A model generated the notes under the pieces. That model was not told the origin of the DNA. It did not search any database and saw only the letters and a list, made by a program, of their open reading frames with translations. From Eledone cirrhosa (lineage: Eukaryota): DNA of 64,000 nt. The stretch lies in assembly GCA_964016885.1 (NCBI GenBank), contig OZ024742.1, positions 103,602,001-103,666,000 of the forward strand, read 5' to 3'. Position numbers and translations under genes: made by a program. Every line of letters begins with the position of its first letter. The stretch's first letter is position 1. Shown piece after piece: positions 43,859 to 56,249 of the stretch.

Positions 43859-44050
43859 TACGAGGGTCGGATGAAAAGTTCATGGGCTGACCAAGATACT
43901 CTCATGGAATGTGACCAAATGAGGTTTATTTTTCAGCATACTCCGCCTTGCGGTTCACACACTTCTTCCATCGGTGTTGCAGTGCTTGGATCCCATTGGT
44001 AAAGAAGCTTTCATCCTGTTGGTCAAAAGAGTCATCAACAGCAGATATGA
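43859..44050 (-). mobile_element. Mariner 3' end fragment
   Basis: GIQALQHRWKKCVNRKAEYAEK* and TIR TA|CGAGGGTCGGATGAAAAGTTC. Confidence 0.85.
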
Positions 44051-45164
44051 CACAATTATCACAGCGATACTGGTTCGTATGTGTGTGTGTCGCCATACAG
44101 AAACACACATATACACACACACAATAATAAATTATGAATTCATTGCATTCGGCACTTATTATAAGGTTACCCCTTCAAATTTGTGGTTATCAGTGTCAAT
44201 CTTGTTAACACCAATCTCGAATCTCGTCATCGTCAGTCTCAATTTCGCCATCGTCAACTTTAATTCTATCATCAAATTAAATTTCGTTTTTACTGGCGGT
44301 TGGAGCGATTTAAAAAAAAAATATTATTATGAAGTATGAGACATTAACATCAGTGATTATTTGTTGCAGAATTGTGAAAGAGTTATAAATATTTTAAAGT
44401 TTTGTAAAGGATTACGAGTTGTTGCACTTTACATTGCCGTAAATATATTTGAATTCAAACTATTGTCCTCTTTGAGTTATGTCCCTTAGCAATTTATTTA
44501 ACTAAGGTCAAAATTATACGGAACACTTTTTCTCCATTTAAAAATGTTATTTGCTGCAGGCACTTTTAAATTATACTATGCTGCTAGCGACAATCTATTA
44601 GAAATAGTCGCCAAATTACTTGGAAAACGAAAGTCATTACTGTAGCGTCATTAATCATAGATATATTTATTTGGGTTTGATCTAAGGATAAGCAACACCA
44701 GCAACAAACAAAACTGCTCTAACATGACCAAAATAACTCAGAGAAGGCCGCTACATACAGAAAAGGAAACCATATACCACTTTAAAATTAAACACACGAG
44801 GTTACGAGAAGCTTCTGTGTGATCATTTGACCTGTTAAAAATAGCAGCTAAAGTTCTATGAAATCATATCCTACCGTCCTAAATAAGTAAGAATATATCA
44901 GTCAATGAGAGGGCGGGCATGTAGTCATTTTTCCTGCTAGAAAGATTAGCCAAATTTTCCTCAAAACTTACTTGAAAAAAAAGGAAGTACATATTAGATA
45001 ATGTAGAGTTGCAGACGCTAAGTATAAAAAAAAAAAGAAAAGAAAAATAGTCACTGCTGGAATACCTTTGATCCCAGGTCAACTCAATTAGAGTTGACCT
45101 TAGGCTCAACACCAAAAGCATTAACCGCATGATCATAATTGGAATGCTTTTGATATTAGGTTTA

Positions 45165-45357
45165 CAGACCTGTCTACTCTCCCCGTCCGACGGGGAGATC
45201 TCCCACCCACTTTGGGGTGGGTGAGAGATGTCTTCTCTTTTGAAAATGGGTATAGCTTTCATTATGTAAAATCTTCCCATTTTGCCTCATTTCTCCCCGT
45301 TTTGGGGTACTTTTTTTCATGGTGCTCCTCGTTTGGATTTTTCGAGGTTGGCAAGTT
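45165..45357. mobile_element. ~190-bp MITE family with CAGACCTGYCAAC TIRs; other copies 46296-46773, 47815-48006, 62208-62402
   Basis: Shared interior GGGGAGATCTCCC...CCACTTTGGGG. Apparent 6-bp TSDs in three copies. Confidence 0.8.
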
Positions 45358-45701
45358 TGGTGAATCAAGTTATCCTAGAGCAAAACAACAACAAAGAGCA
45401 ACAACTACAACAAACAGAAAGTAAACATTGGATAATCATAAATAAATCTATGATTGTGGCTAGAATGCTTTTGATCTAAGATTTGCTGAATCAAAGTTGA
45501 CCTGGGGCTGAATAACAATAAATTAATTGACAAACCCTCTACTTCCTCACTCACCTTTGAATCAGATCTAATATTACAATTTTGACAGCCATAATAATTT
45601 GATAAACCAATGTGAGGAAGATCAAAGGTCGTTTTTTGAGATTTCCTTATCACAGTAAATGCTGTTTGACCCACCGCAATTACTGGTAATCACTGACAGA
45701 G

Positions 45702-45702
45702 T

Positions 45703-45738
<36 letters not shown>

Positions 45739-45827
45739 CAGTAGCAGTAACGGTAGTAGTAGTAGTAGTAGTAGCAGCAACAGTAGTAGTAGTAGTAGCA
45801 GTAGTAGTAGTAGCAGTAGCAGCAACG

Positions 45828-45882
<55 letters not shown>

Positions 45883-45916
45883 CAGCAACAGTAGTAGTAG
45901 TAGCAACAGTAGTAGT

Positions 45917-45972
<56 letters not shown>

Positions 45973-45990
45973 AAGGTGGTGGTGGTAGTG
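45702..45990. repeat. (AGT/AGC)n trinucleotide microsatellite
   Basis: Directly visible. Gives spurious poly-S and poly-L ORFs. Confidence 0.95.
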
Positions 45991-48730
45991 GAGTCAGATA
46001 GAAATTATAGTAATAATATTGTTTATATGAAGCATTATGAAATATGTGATTACAGAAGTTTTGTTAAAGCCAGTGCAATGTAAATAGAAGATACAATGAG
46101 GAAACCAGAGTAAAATAAGGACGAACAAAACAATAGTTTTTTATCTAATGAAATTTTATTTACATAAATATTTCACATAACAAACAGGAAGAAAGAAAGA
46201 AAAAATAATGAGAAAAGGGGGACTGGTACAAAAAGGAAGTGGTCGGTGAAGTCCCGATATTTACCTGTCATTTTCTCCTCTACATTACGAGGCAGCAGAC
46301 CTGCCAACCTCTAGAAACCTTGAAAGGATGAAAGGCAAAGTTGATCTTGCTGGATCTGAGCACAGAGAACTAGATTGAATACTGCAAAGCATTCTATCCA
46401 ACATTCTAACGACTTTGTTGATTCACTGATCCCTTACCTATGAATAAATAAATGATTTTTATTTTATGCACAAGGCCAGCAATTTTGAAGAGAATGTTGA
46501 TTATATAAACAGATCTGCCAACCTCTAAAAACTAAAAAGTGCCCCAAAACAAAGTCTACATATGTATGTGTGAACCTGTGACTCCTGATGGAGTCATGAT
46601 ATATGGCATCTTATGCTAGGCAGAACCCATCCTTCTCCAGGTGTGAACATAACCAATTTCTGGGGAAATTTTACATAGTTAAAGCTATACCCATTTTCAC
46701 AAGAGAAGACATCTCTCACCTACCCTAAAGTGGGCGGGAGATCTCCCCGTCGTACGGGAGAGTTGACATGTCTGGGGCAGCAACGTCCAAGTTTGTGGCC
46801 ATTGTGATAAGGTTGTAGCGAGGAACGTGTTGCAGTCGGTAAACTATACTGTAATTCAAATATAATCGATTGTACCTGGACATAATCAAATATTGTTGAT
46901 CTATAAATTGATTGTACAGACTCCCAACATTACCATGAAATTATGACATTCTGTCTACACCAGACAATCAATTGATGCAAGATTTGTTAACAAGGGGAAA
47001 AAACCGGTAGAATACCACCACAATTGTTGGGGCGTTTCAGGTGCTTTCTTTAGCTTCTAAGTTCATGTGTAGCAGCATTACTTAATGGCTCGCAACAACA
47101 ATCTTTTCATACGTGATTTAGTTACTTTGACTAATCGTAAATCGCGCATGAATATTAACTATTTCCGCCCAAAGAAGATTTTCGCGCTTCTTTGTTAACT
47201 AAACTCTAGTTGTTGTTTTCACTTCGAGAAGCTAACAGCCATTTTTCCTTTCCGTGTCAACACTAACAAAAATGTAAGGGTAAAATAAAAATATTGGTCC
47301 TGTCGGCTAGGGACCACTTTCTTTGCATCGAACACTTAATTTTATTTATTTACTTTTATGGCATGCCAGCACAACATTTTGTAAACCTGTTTCGGTTGTG
47401 AATAAACCATGTAAAAAAGTTATAAAGCCTTATGATATTTCTGTCACCAGCGAATCTTGCATACACACTGAAAACATAAAGTTGGACGTGATATGGGAAA
47501 ATCCTTTTCCCAAGGTTCTATCACCACAACAGCAAGTGAGTACAGTTTTCGTTACCTTTAATAGAACCTAACAAATCTCGACTCACTGAGAATTTAATAC
47601 TCACTTACTCACTTGCCTACAACTATGTTTCGATTCTTCTTCTTTCGTGGCGACAACCGAATACAACCATTATTAACTTCAACAACGTTACATCATCTTT
47701 TTCGGCTAACATTCCCAAACAACAAACATCATTTTCTTGCTAGTACAACAAAACTTCTAATTGCTAAACATATCCTGTTATGAATTAATTTTTACTTCCT
47801 CATTAAACCACTAACAGACCTGCCAACCTCTAAACACCCAACGGGGAGTACCATGGAAAAAGTGCCCCAAAATGGGGACAAAGGAGGCAAAATGGGGAAT
47901 TTTATATAATGAAAGCTATACCCAAATTCACAAGAGAAGACATCTCTCATCCACCCCAAAGTGAATGGGAGATCTCCCCATCGGACGGGGAAAGTTGATA
48001 GGTCTACACTAAAATTTTAATTTCTATTTTAATCACGAGGCTCGCACATTTTGGGGTTCCAATATTCGACTAGTTCTTTATCTTATCAACCCCGGAAGGA
48101 TGAAAGGCAAAGTTGACTCCGGCAAGATTTGAACTCAGAATATATAGAAAGAGCCAGAACAAATACTGCAATGGCATTTTATTCGACGCTCTACCAACTC
48201 AGCCAACGCATCAACCTTCTTAAACCAGTGATGTATTAGTAATCAATACAATCAATAATTTTATGATAACGTGCTAACGTGTTAATGCGGCGAGCATGAT
48301 AATTTGAATTAATCAAGACTGTACTTGTATTGACAAGAGGAAAACATTGTTCAACAATCTTCAAGTCAGTCAAAGGCATAAATGACGACTCAAAATCAAA
48401 TAAATATGTGTGTGTGTGTGTACTTTCATAAAAAAAAAGTGATTTGATATATAACTGTTTCTACTTTTGGCACAAGGCCATAAATTACCCAGTGCATTAC
48501 TGGTACTTTATTTTATCGACCCCGTAAGGATGAAAGGTAAAGTTAACCTCGGCGGGATTTGAACTCAGATCATAAAGGGAGGTAACTCTATGCTACAAAG
48601 CATGGTGTCCGACCCTCTACCAATACTGCCAATATAACGCTAGCTAAAAAGTGTCAATGTTTGCTTATAAATTTTTTGCATATATTAGGAAACCTTCCTA
48701 GTTTAGAGCTTGAAAATTACAATAAGCTAT

Positions 48731-48763
<33 letters not shown>

Positions 48764-49957
48764 CATATATATGTATATATATATATATGTATATGTATGT
48801 ATGTGCGTGTAGAGAGAGAGAAAGATGTAAAATTCCGACCGCGGTGATTAGTTTCTCTCAGCCAATTACTACATACGAATATAATATATATAAATATATA
48901 ACTATATATATATATATTGTTATTATTATTATTATTATTATTTGGTGGTGGATTAGCAGTATCGGTAGAGGGTCGGACGCCATGCTTTGCAGCAAAGAGT
49001 TACGTCCCTTTATGGTCTGAGTTCAAATACCACCGAGGTTAACTTTGCCTTTCATCCTTACGGGGTCGATAAAATAAAGTACCAGTAATACACTGCGATA
49101 ATTGCTGGCCTTGTGCCAAAAGTAGAAACAATTATTATTATTATTTAATATAGAAATGGCTTCTAAAGGACTAGAACTATCGTGAAATCATCAGGAATGC
49201 CGAGTGACCTAGAGAGTAGTTGGGGGTGGTGGTGGTGGAGAACCCTACTTTAAGGAACAGATATCAAGTAGGGCATTAGAGGGGGTGGGAAATGAGGAAA
49301 GAGGTGGGGTAGAAAGAACGGGAAGGAGGGGAAAAAAATCATAATTAGGTAGAAAAGAATTTCAAAAGATAGGATTATATATATATATATATATATATAT
49401 ATAACAAAGGAGGTGTGGTAAGGAACCGGATGGACCATAACGCACCAGAGTACTCAATACTTAGGGTAGTAGAGTGGGTAATAGGAAAATGTATGACCCC
49501 GACGGCAAAGCTCAAGCCGTTTCGACGGCTATTTCTGGACTAAATTAGAATTTAGTCCAGAAATAGCTGTCGAAACGGCTTGAGCTCTGCCGTCGGGGTC
49601 ATACATTTTCCTATATATATATATATACATGCACACACACATGTATGTGTGTGTGAGTCCCGGGTTCAATTGGGGGCAATCACAGTAAGTAAGGTACTTA
49701 ATACATTAGTAGGGTGTAAACGCCAAATTTAATATAGAAATGGCTTCTACGGGACTAGAACTGTTTCATTCAAAAGAAATCATCAGGAAAGCCTCCGTTG
49801 TTCCAATCTTTTCTCCCTCTGAACTCTCCATTTCCCGAAGAAGGACTTATGTCTGACACGTTGAAACCATCATTTACTTCTTCCCAATTGTGAAACTAAT
49901 AAGACTTGTTTTTTTTAAATCTCCATGTTTGTGTTGGCTATTTTTTAACTATATATA

Positions 49958-50040
<83 letters not shown>

Positions 50041-51307
50041 GAGTGAAGGACCCCTAGCCTTTGTCAGGGCATTCTAGGAGAAGGCAACTCAGGAAACTGG
50101 GATAACTCCGATATAAAACCTGCGGCTCAGTAGTTACCGATGATGTTGATCTTTCTTCTTTTCGGGTTATAGCTACTGTCGCTCAGAGAGTGGGATTGGC
50201 TCAGTGCACAGTCTTTCCTCACTTTAAAAAATATCTTCACGCACAGGCATTGCACGATAGAATTTATTAATAATGGTATATCTTGTAATAGCCATACTCG
50301 ATAACGAGGAGGCAGCCATCATCATGTATATATATAAGTATGTATATATATATGTATGTATATATATATGTATATGTATATGTATGTATCTGTATATGTA
50401 TGTATATATATTGTCAGGTCACCAGTTGGTGCTACTGGTAACATGTATCCCAGTACAACCTGTCTCATGGTCGGGTCGTTGGCAACTAAACTGGCAACCC
50501 CACCAAGGTTTCTTGGTGAGGAGGGTGACTTTGGACATCCTGCAGGACTGAAAACAAAACCTGTCAAAGGGCAAAGGAGCTCTTAAGAGTCAATGGCCAT
50601 CCAAAATCACCGGGAGAGATGACCCCTTAGCCTTTGTCAAGGCAGAATTCTAGAATAAGGAAAACTCTGATATAACACCTGCAACCCTGATGGTATCCAA
50701 TGATGTTGACTTGTTCTTCTTTTTGGTAAATGTCATCTTGGTTAAGAGAGTGGGACTGGCTTTGTGCAGTGCCTTTGCTCACTATAAAAGCTTCACGGCA
50801 CAGGCATTGCTTTATATCTGGAGATCTCTCTGCACTTGTCGTCACATGGTACCATGGGCCCAGCACTATGTGTCAATAATTGTCACAAGTGTAGTGTTTG
50901 TACCAGAGTTTTCAAGTCGCTGGCTGGACTAAAATGTCACACTCGTTCAGCGCATCGGTAGGGGTTCTCCTACATGGATATAAAGTAGTGGCCGTACTCG
51001 AAAACGAGTTGGCAGCCACCATATATATATATACAACATTAAATTTAAGCCCAAATCCCACTTTTGGGGGGAATACTAATCAAATTGGTTAAAGGAAGCC
51101 AATTCTAACCTATATAATGCCCTAACCATGGTTTCAAAAACTCAAAGATTCAGCTTCTGGAATTTCAAGACATTGGAATAACTAATGCTGAGAGAACTGA
51201 AGTTTTATCGCCAGGAGGAAAGTTCTTCATAAGAATATGGGACACATTATCATACATACCGGATCACTGCTAGACAATATATGTGAGCAAAGTGTTGTAT
51301 TAAATTG

Positions 51308-51339
<32 letters not shown>

Positions 51340-51346
<7 letters not shown>

Positions 51347-54014
51347 CAAATAACGAAACGAAATTAAATTTCGTTTCGTTTGTAACTCACTTTTGTATGA
51401 CTGACGCTTAAACAATTAAGTCAAAGATGTACATCCATATATGTATACTGAAATACTAGTATGTATATGAATACACACACGTATACATATGTAGATGTAC
51501 CAAGTTTTTTTCACTGGTCACTTTACTGTGAGTGGCCAGCTATTCTGTATGTAAGCACACAGACAAACCGGTTTTTAGAGTCATACTGGTTTTTGAGGAA
51601 ACACCTTTCCTCTATTCTCCAGAAAGCCAGACAAGGAATATTGAACTAGTTTTGTTGTTGTTACAACTCATCAGCAATATTTACCTATCTTCCGGCCTCT
51701 CTAGAGAATCGTAAAAGCACATATCGTTATATGCTTTTTCTATGATAATTAGTAGTGGGCAGACTAATTTGCATAGAGTGTGAGTAAGTACCGGTTCAAC
51801 GGAGACGATAAAAACAAATAACGAAACGAAATTAAATTTCGTTTCGTTTGTAACTCACTTTTGTATGACTGACGCTTAAACAATTAAGTCAAAGATGTAC
51901 ATCCATATATGTATACTGAAATACTAGTATGTATATGAATACACACATGTATACATATGTAGATGTACCAAGTTTTTTTCACTGGTCACTCCACTGTGAG
52001 TGGCCAGCTATTCTGTATGTAAGCACACAGACAAACCGGTTTTTAGAGTCATACTGGTTTTTGAGGAAACACCTTTCCTCTATTCTCCAGAAAGCCAGAC
52101 AAGGAATATTGAACTAGTTTCGTTGTTGTTACAACTCATCAGCAATATTTACCTATCTTCCGGCCTCTCTAGAGAATCGTAAAAGCACATATCGTTATAT
52201 GCTTTTTCTATGATAATTAGTAGTGGGCAGACTAATTTGCATAGAGTGTGAGTAAGTACCGGTTCAACGGAGACGATAAAAACAAATAACGAAACGAAAT
52301 TAAATTTCGTTTCGTTTGTAACTCACTTTTGTATGACTGACGCTTAAACAATTAAGTTAAAGATGTACATCCATATATGTATACTGAAATACTAGTATGT
52401 ATATGAATACACACACGTATACATATGTAGATGTACCAAGTTTTTTTCACTGGTCACTTTACTGTGAGTGGCCAGCTATTCTGTATGTAAGCACACAGAC
52501 AAACCGGTTTTTAGAGTCATACTGGTTTTTGAGGAAACACCTTTCCTCTATTCTCCAGAAAGCCAGACAAGGAATATTGAACTAGTTTCGTTGTTGTTAC
52601 AACTCATCAGCAATATTTACCTATCTTCCGGCCTCTCTAGAGAATCGTAAAAGCACATATCGTTATATGCTTTTTCTATGATAATTAGTAGTGGGCAGAC
52701 TAATTTGCATAGAGTGTGAGTAAGTACCGGTTCAACGGAGACGATAAAAACAAATAACGAAACGAAATTAAATTTCGTTTCGTTTGTAACTCACTTTTGT
52801 ATGACTGACGCTTAAACAATTAAGTCAAAGATGTACATCCATATATGTATACTGAAATACTAGTATGTATATGAATACACACATGTATACATATGTAGAT
52901 GTACCAAGTTTTTTTCACTGGTCACTCCACTGTGAGTGGCCAGCTATTCTGTATGTAAGCACACAGACAAACCGGTTTTTAGAGTCATACTGGTTTTTGA
53001 GGAAACACCTTTCCTCTATTCTCCAGAAAGCCAGACAAGGAATATTGAACTAGTTTCGTTGTTGTTACAACTCATCAGCAATATTTACCTATCTTCCGGC
53101 CTCTCTAGAGAATCGTAAAAGCACATATCGTTATATGCTTTTTCTATGATAATTAGTAGTGGGCAGACTAATTTGCATAGAGTGTGAGTAAGTACCGGTT
53201 CAACGGAGACGATAAAAACAAATAACGAAACGAAATTAAATTTCGTTTCGTTTGTAACTCACTTTTGTATGACTGACGCTTAAACAATTAAGTTAAAGAT
53301 GTACATCCATATATGTATACTGAAATACTAGTATGTATATGAATACACACACGTATACATATGTAGATGTACCAAGTTTTTTTCACTGGTCACTTTACTG
53401 TGAGTGGCCAGCTATTCTGTATGTAAGCACACAGACAAACCGGTTTTTAGAGTCATACTGGTTTTTGAGGAAACACCTTTCCTCTATTCTCCAGAAAGCC
53501 AGACAAGGAATATTGAACTAGTTTCGTTGTTGTTACAACTCATCAGCAATATTTACCTATCTTCCGGCCTCTCTAGAGAATCGTAAAAGCACATATCGTT
53601 ATATGCTTTTTCTATGATAATTAGTAGTGGGCAGACTAATTTGCATAGAGTGTGAGTAAGTACCGGTTCAACGGAGACGATAAAAACAAATAACGAAACG
53701 AAATTAAATTTCGTTTCGTTTGTAACTCACTTTTGTATGACTGACGCTTAAACAATTAAGTTAAAGATGTACATCCATATATGTATACTGAAATACTAGT
53801 ATGTATATGAATACACACACGTATACATATGTAGATGTACCAAGTTTTTTTCACTGGTCACTTTACTGTGAGTGGCCAGCTATTCTGTATGTAAGCACAC
53901 AGACAAACCGGTTTTTAGAGTCATACTGGTTTTTGAGGAAACACCTTTCCTCTATTCTCCAGAAAGCCAGACAAGGAATATTGAACTAGTTTCGTTGTTG
54001 TTACAACTCATCAG
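51340..54014 (-). repeat. 468-bp tandem array, 5.7 units, each with a hammerhead ribozyme (retrozyme-like)
   Basis: Exact 468 periodicity (ORF starts at 51461, 51929, 52397, 52865, 53333, 53801). Units differ at only a few positions. Confidence 0.95.
52105..52149 (-). ncRNA. Minimal type I hammerhead ribozyme; identical at 52573-52617, 53041-53085, 53509-53553; mutated at 51637-51681; truncated at 53977-54014
   Basis: Minus strand reads AAUAUUG CUGAUGA GUUGU-aaca-ACAAC GAAAC UA GUU^ CAAUAUU. Perfect 7-bp stem I, complete core, 5-bp stem II, palindromic short stem III (AACUAGUU). Confidence 0.88.
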
Positions 54015-54137
54015 TAAAGTGACCAGTAAAGTGACCAGTGAAAAAAACTTGGTACATCTACATATGTATACGTGTGTGTATTCATATACATACTAGTATT
54101 TCAGTATACATATATGGATGTACATCTTTAACTTAAT

Positions 54138-54174
<37 letters not shown>

Positions 54175-54999
54175 GTGTGTGTACCCAACAGGACTAGCTG
54201 AATAAATATCATATAATCATACCACTTTAAAAAATCATATGGTGCAGCCACATAACTCAACTCCAATATTGTATGGAAACTTTCTACTCAGTGTATCAGG
54301 AAAATACGACGGGCATATATTGAAGCTAGAAATAGCAACAACAAAACCGCAGTAGTCAACTCAAAACATTTAAGGAGCAGTCATTATAAATATATAACTC
54401 TACAAGTTAAAATGTCTCTAATACAGTTTATCTGATATACATACATATACATAGATACATACAGACTGCTACACATATGCATATAAATACATATAATATA
54501 TATACTATATATATACACTTCATCATCATCATCATCATCATCGTTTAACGTCTATCTTCCACGCTAACATGAATTAGACGGGAATTGTCCCACTTGAGGC
54601 AAGATTGATTGGGTGACCGTGTCTCGCTCGTATAGGACTGTCTAGCAGGTTTTCTACGGCTGGATGCCCTTCCTAACACCAACCACGTTTACAGTGTGGA
54701 CTGGGAGGTTTTTACCGTGTTACCTAAAAGACCACTTTACAGCGTAGACTGTTCTGGGGTTTTTTTTGTCGTGACACCTACACGACCTCATTAGTTTGGA
54801 CTGGATGTTGTGGTACCAATATAACTTTATAGAGAAAGGGGTGGTATTGGCGGGAGTTGGAGGATGGAGTAGGGGTAGTGGATCGGGGTGTATCTTTGGG
54901 TTGGAGGAGCCCACTGACTGTAGGTTAACTTTGCACGTAGGGAAGGTGGGTCTTCTGTATTACTGCGTAACGCCAAAGATCAGTGACATTGTCTTAGAG

Positions 55000-55672
55000 A
55001 GGTGCAAGTGTGCAAGGTCAGAACTTATCATGTCATCCCAGGTTTTTCTGGGTCTACCTACTCCGTAACTTCCATCAATTTTGATAGACCTGCACCTTTT
55101 TTATACAGCTGTCATCGTTCATGCACATCACGTGACCATACCAACGTAATCTGCTCTCAAGTAAACAGCATCCTAATTTCTCACTTAGTTCATTTATGTT
55201 TTGCCGTTCGTGTATATTACTATTACACATCCACCGAGCGCATGCATGCTTCGTTCCTTTCCAGTCTACACAGGCCCTCTACACACAATTCCCATGTCTC
55301 ACTGCCATGCAACATTGCTGTTCGTATACAGGCATCATACAATCTGCCTTTCATTTTTAGAGAGAAACCTTTAGCGGCCAATAGTGGTATAAGCTCTCTG
55401 AACTTTTTCCATCCCGTTCTAACTCTGGCTACTGTACTTTCAGAGTACCCTCCACCACTGCTGATTTTGTCACCCAGGTAACGGAAAGTGTCCACTATTT
55501 CTATAGAACCATCTGGGCAGTAGAAGGAGCTAGTATACTGAGGGCACTTGTTACTTATTGCACCTGAGCATCGGCCACATATAAAATGTATGTTCTTAGA
55601 TAACTTGCTTGTGATCCCACTACATCTTTTATGTACCCATAGTTTGCATTTAGGACATAGAATGGAATTTCT
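55000..55672 (-). mobile_element. RTE LINE 3' fragment (same family as 5340-6750)
   Basis: DTFRYLGD...ARVRTGWKKFREL...KGRLYDACIRTAMLHGSETW. Confidence 0.85.
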
Positions 55673-56014
55673 TTAAGAAAATGAGGGTTTTTTTATGAAA
55701 AAAAAACGAGATGTCCTACACGAGTGAAAGTGTAAGGAAAAGAAATCAAAAATGCAACTGGAGTCTTTTTAAGAATATTTATTTGTTTCCTTTACCGGTT
55801 TCACAGTTCTTATGCTTTTCAAAAGTAGAATTGAGATGGAGGGTTTGTAGTCTTTCTCGCATCTGGTTGGTGTTCGAAAGTTATTTCTGTTTTATGTGGA
55901 AAGAGTGGCTCAAATTGGTGGGTTTTAAAAAGATAATTTGGTTGGTTAATGACTGTCACGTGAATAAGTATAATAAATTTCGCGCCAGTTAGTGTTTGAG
56001 GGTTCTTTATTACC

Positions 56015-56078
<64 letters not shown>

Positions 56079-56118
56079 GTGAAAACATATAAAGGAGAAC
56101 AAACCGTTAAAACATGTT

Positions 56119-56249
<131 letters not shown>

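Noticed and set aside
45622-45988. Poly-Leu and poly-Ser ORFs
   Set aside because: (AGT)n microsatellite.
51461-54096. Repeated 60-62 aa ORFs, or a CRISPR-like reading of the array
   Set aside because: The ORFs are short by-products of the tandem unit with no recognisable motif. The units are contiguous near-identical repeats with no unique spacers, and the context is eukaryotic.
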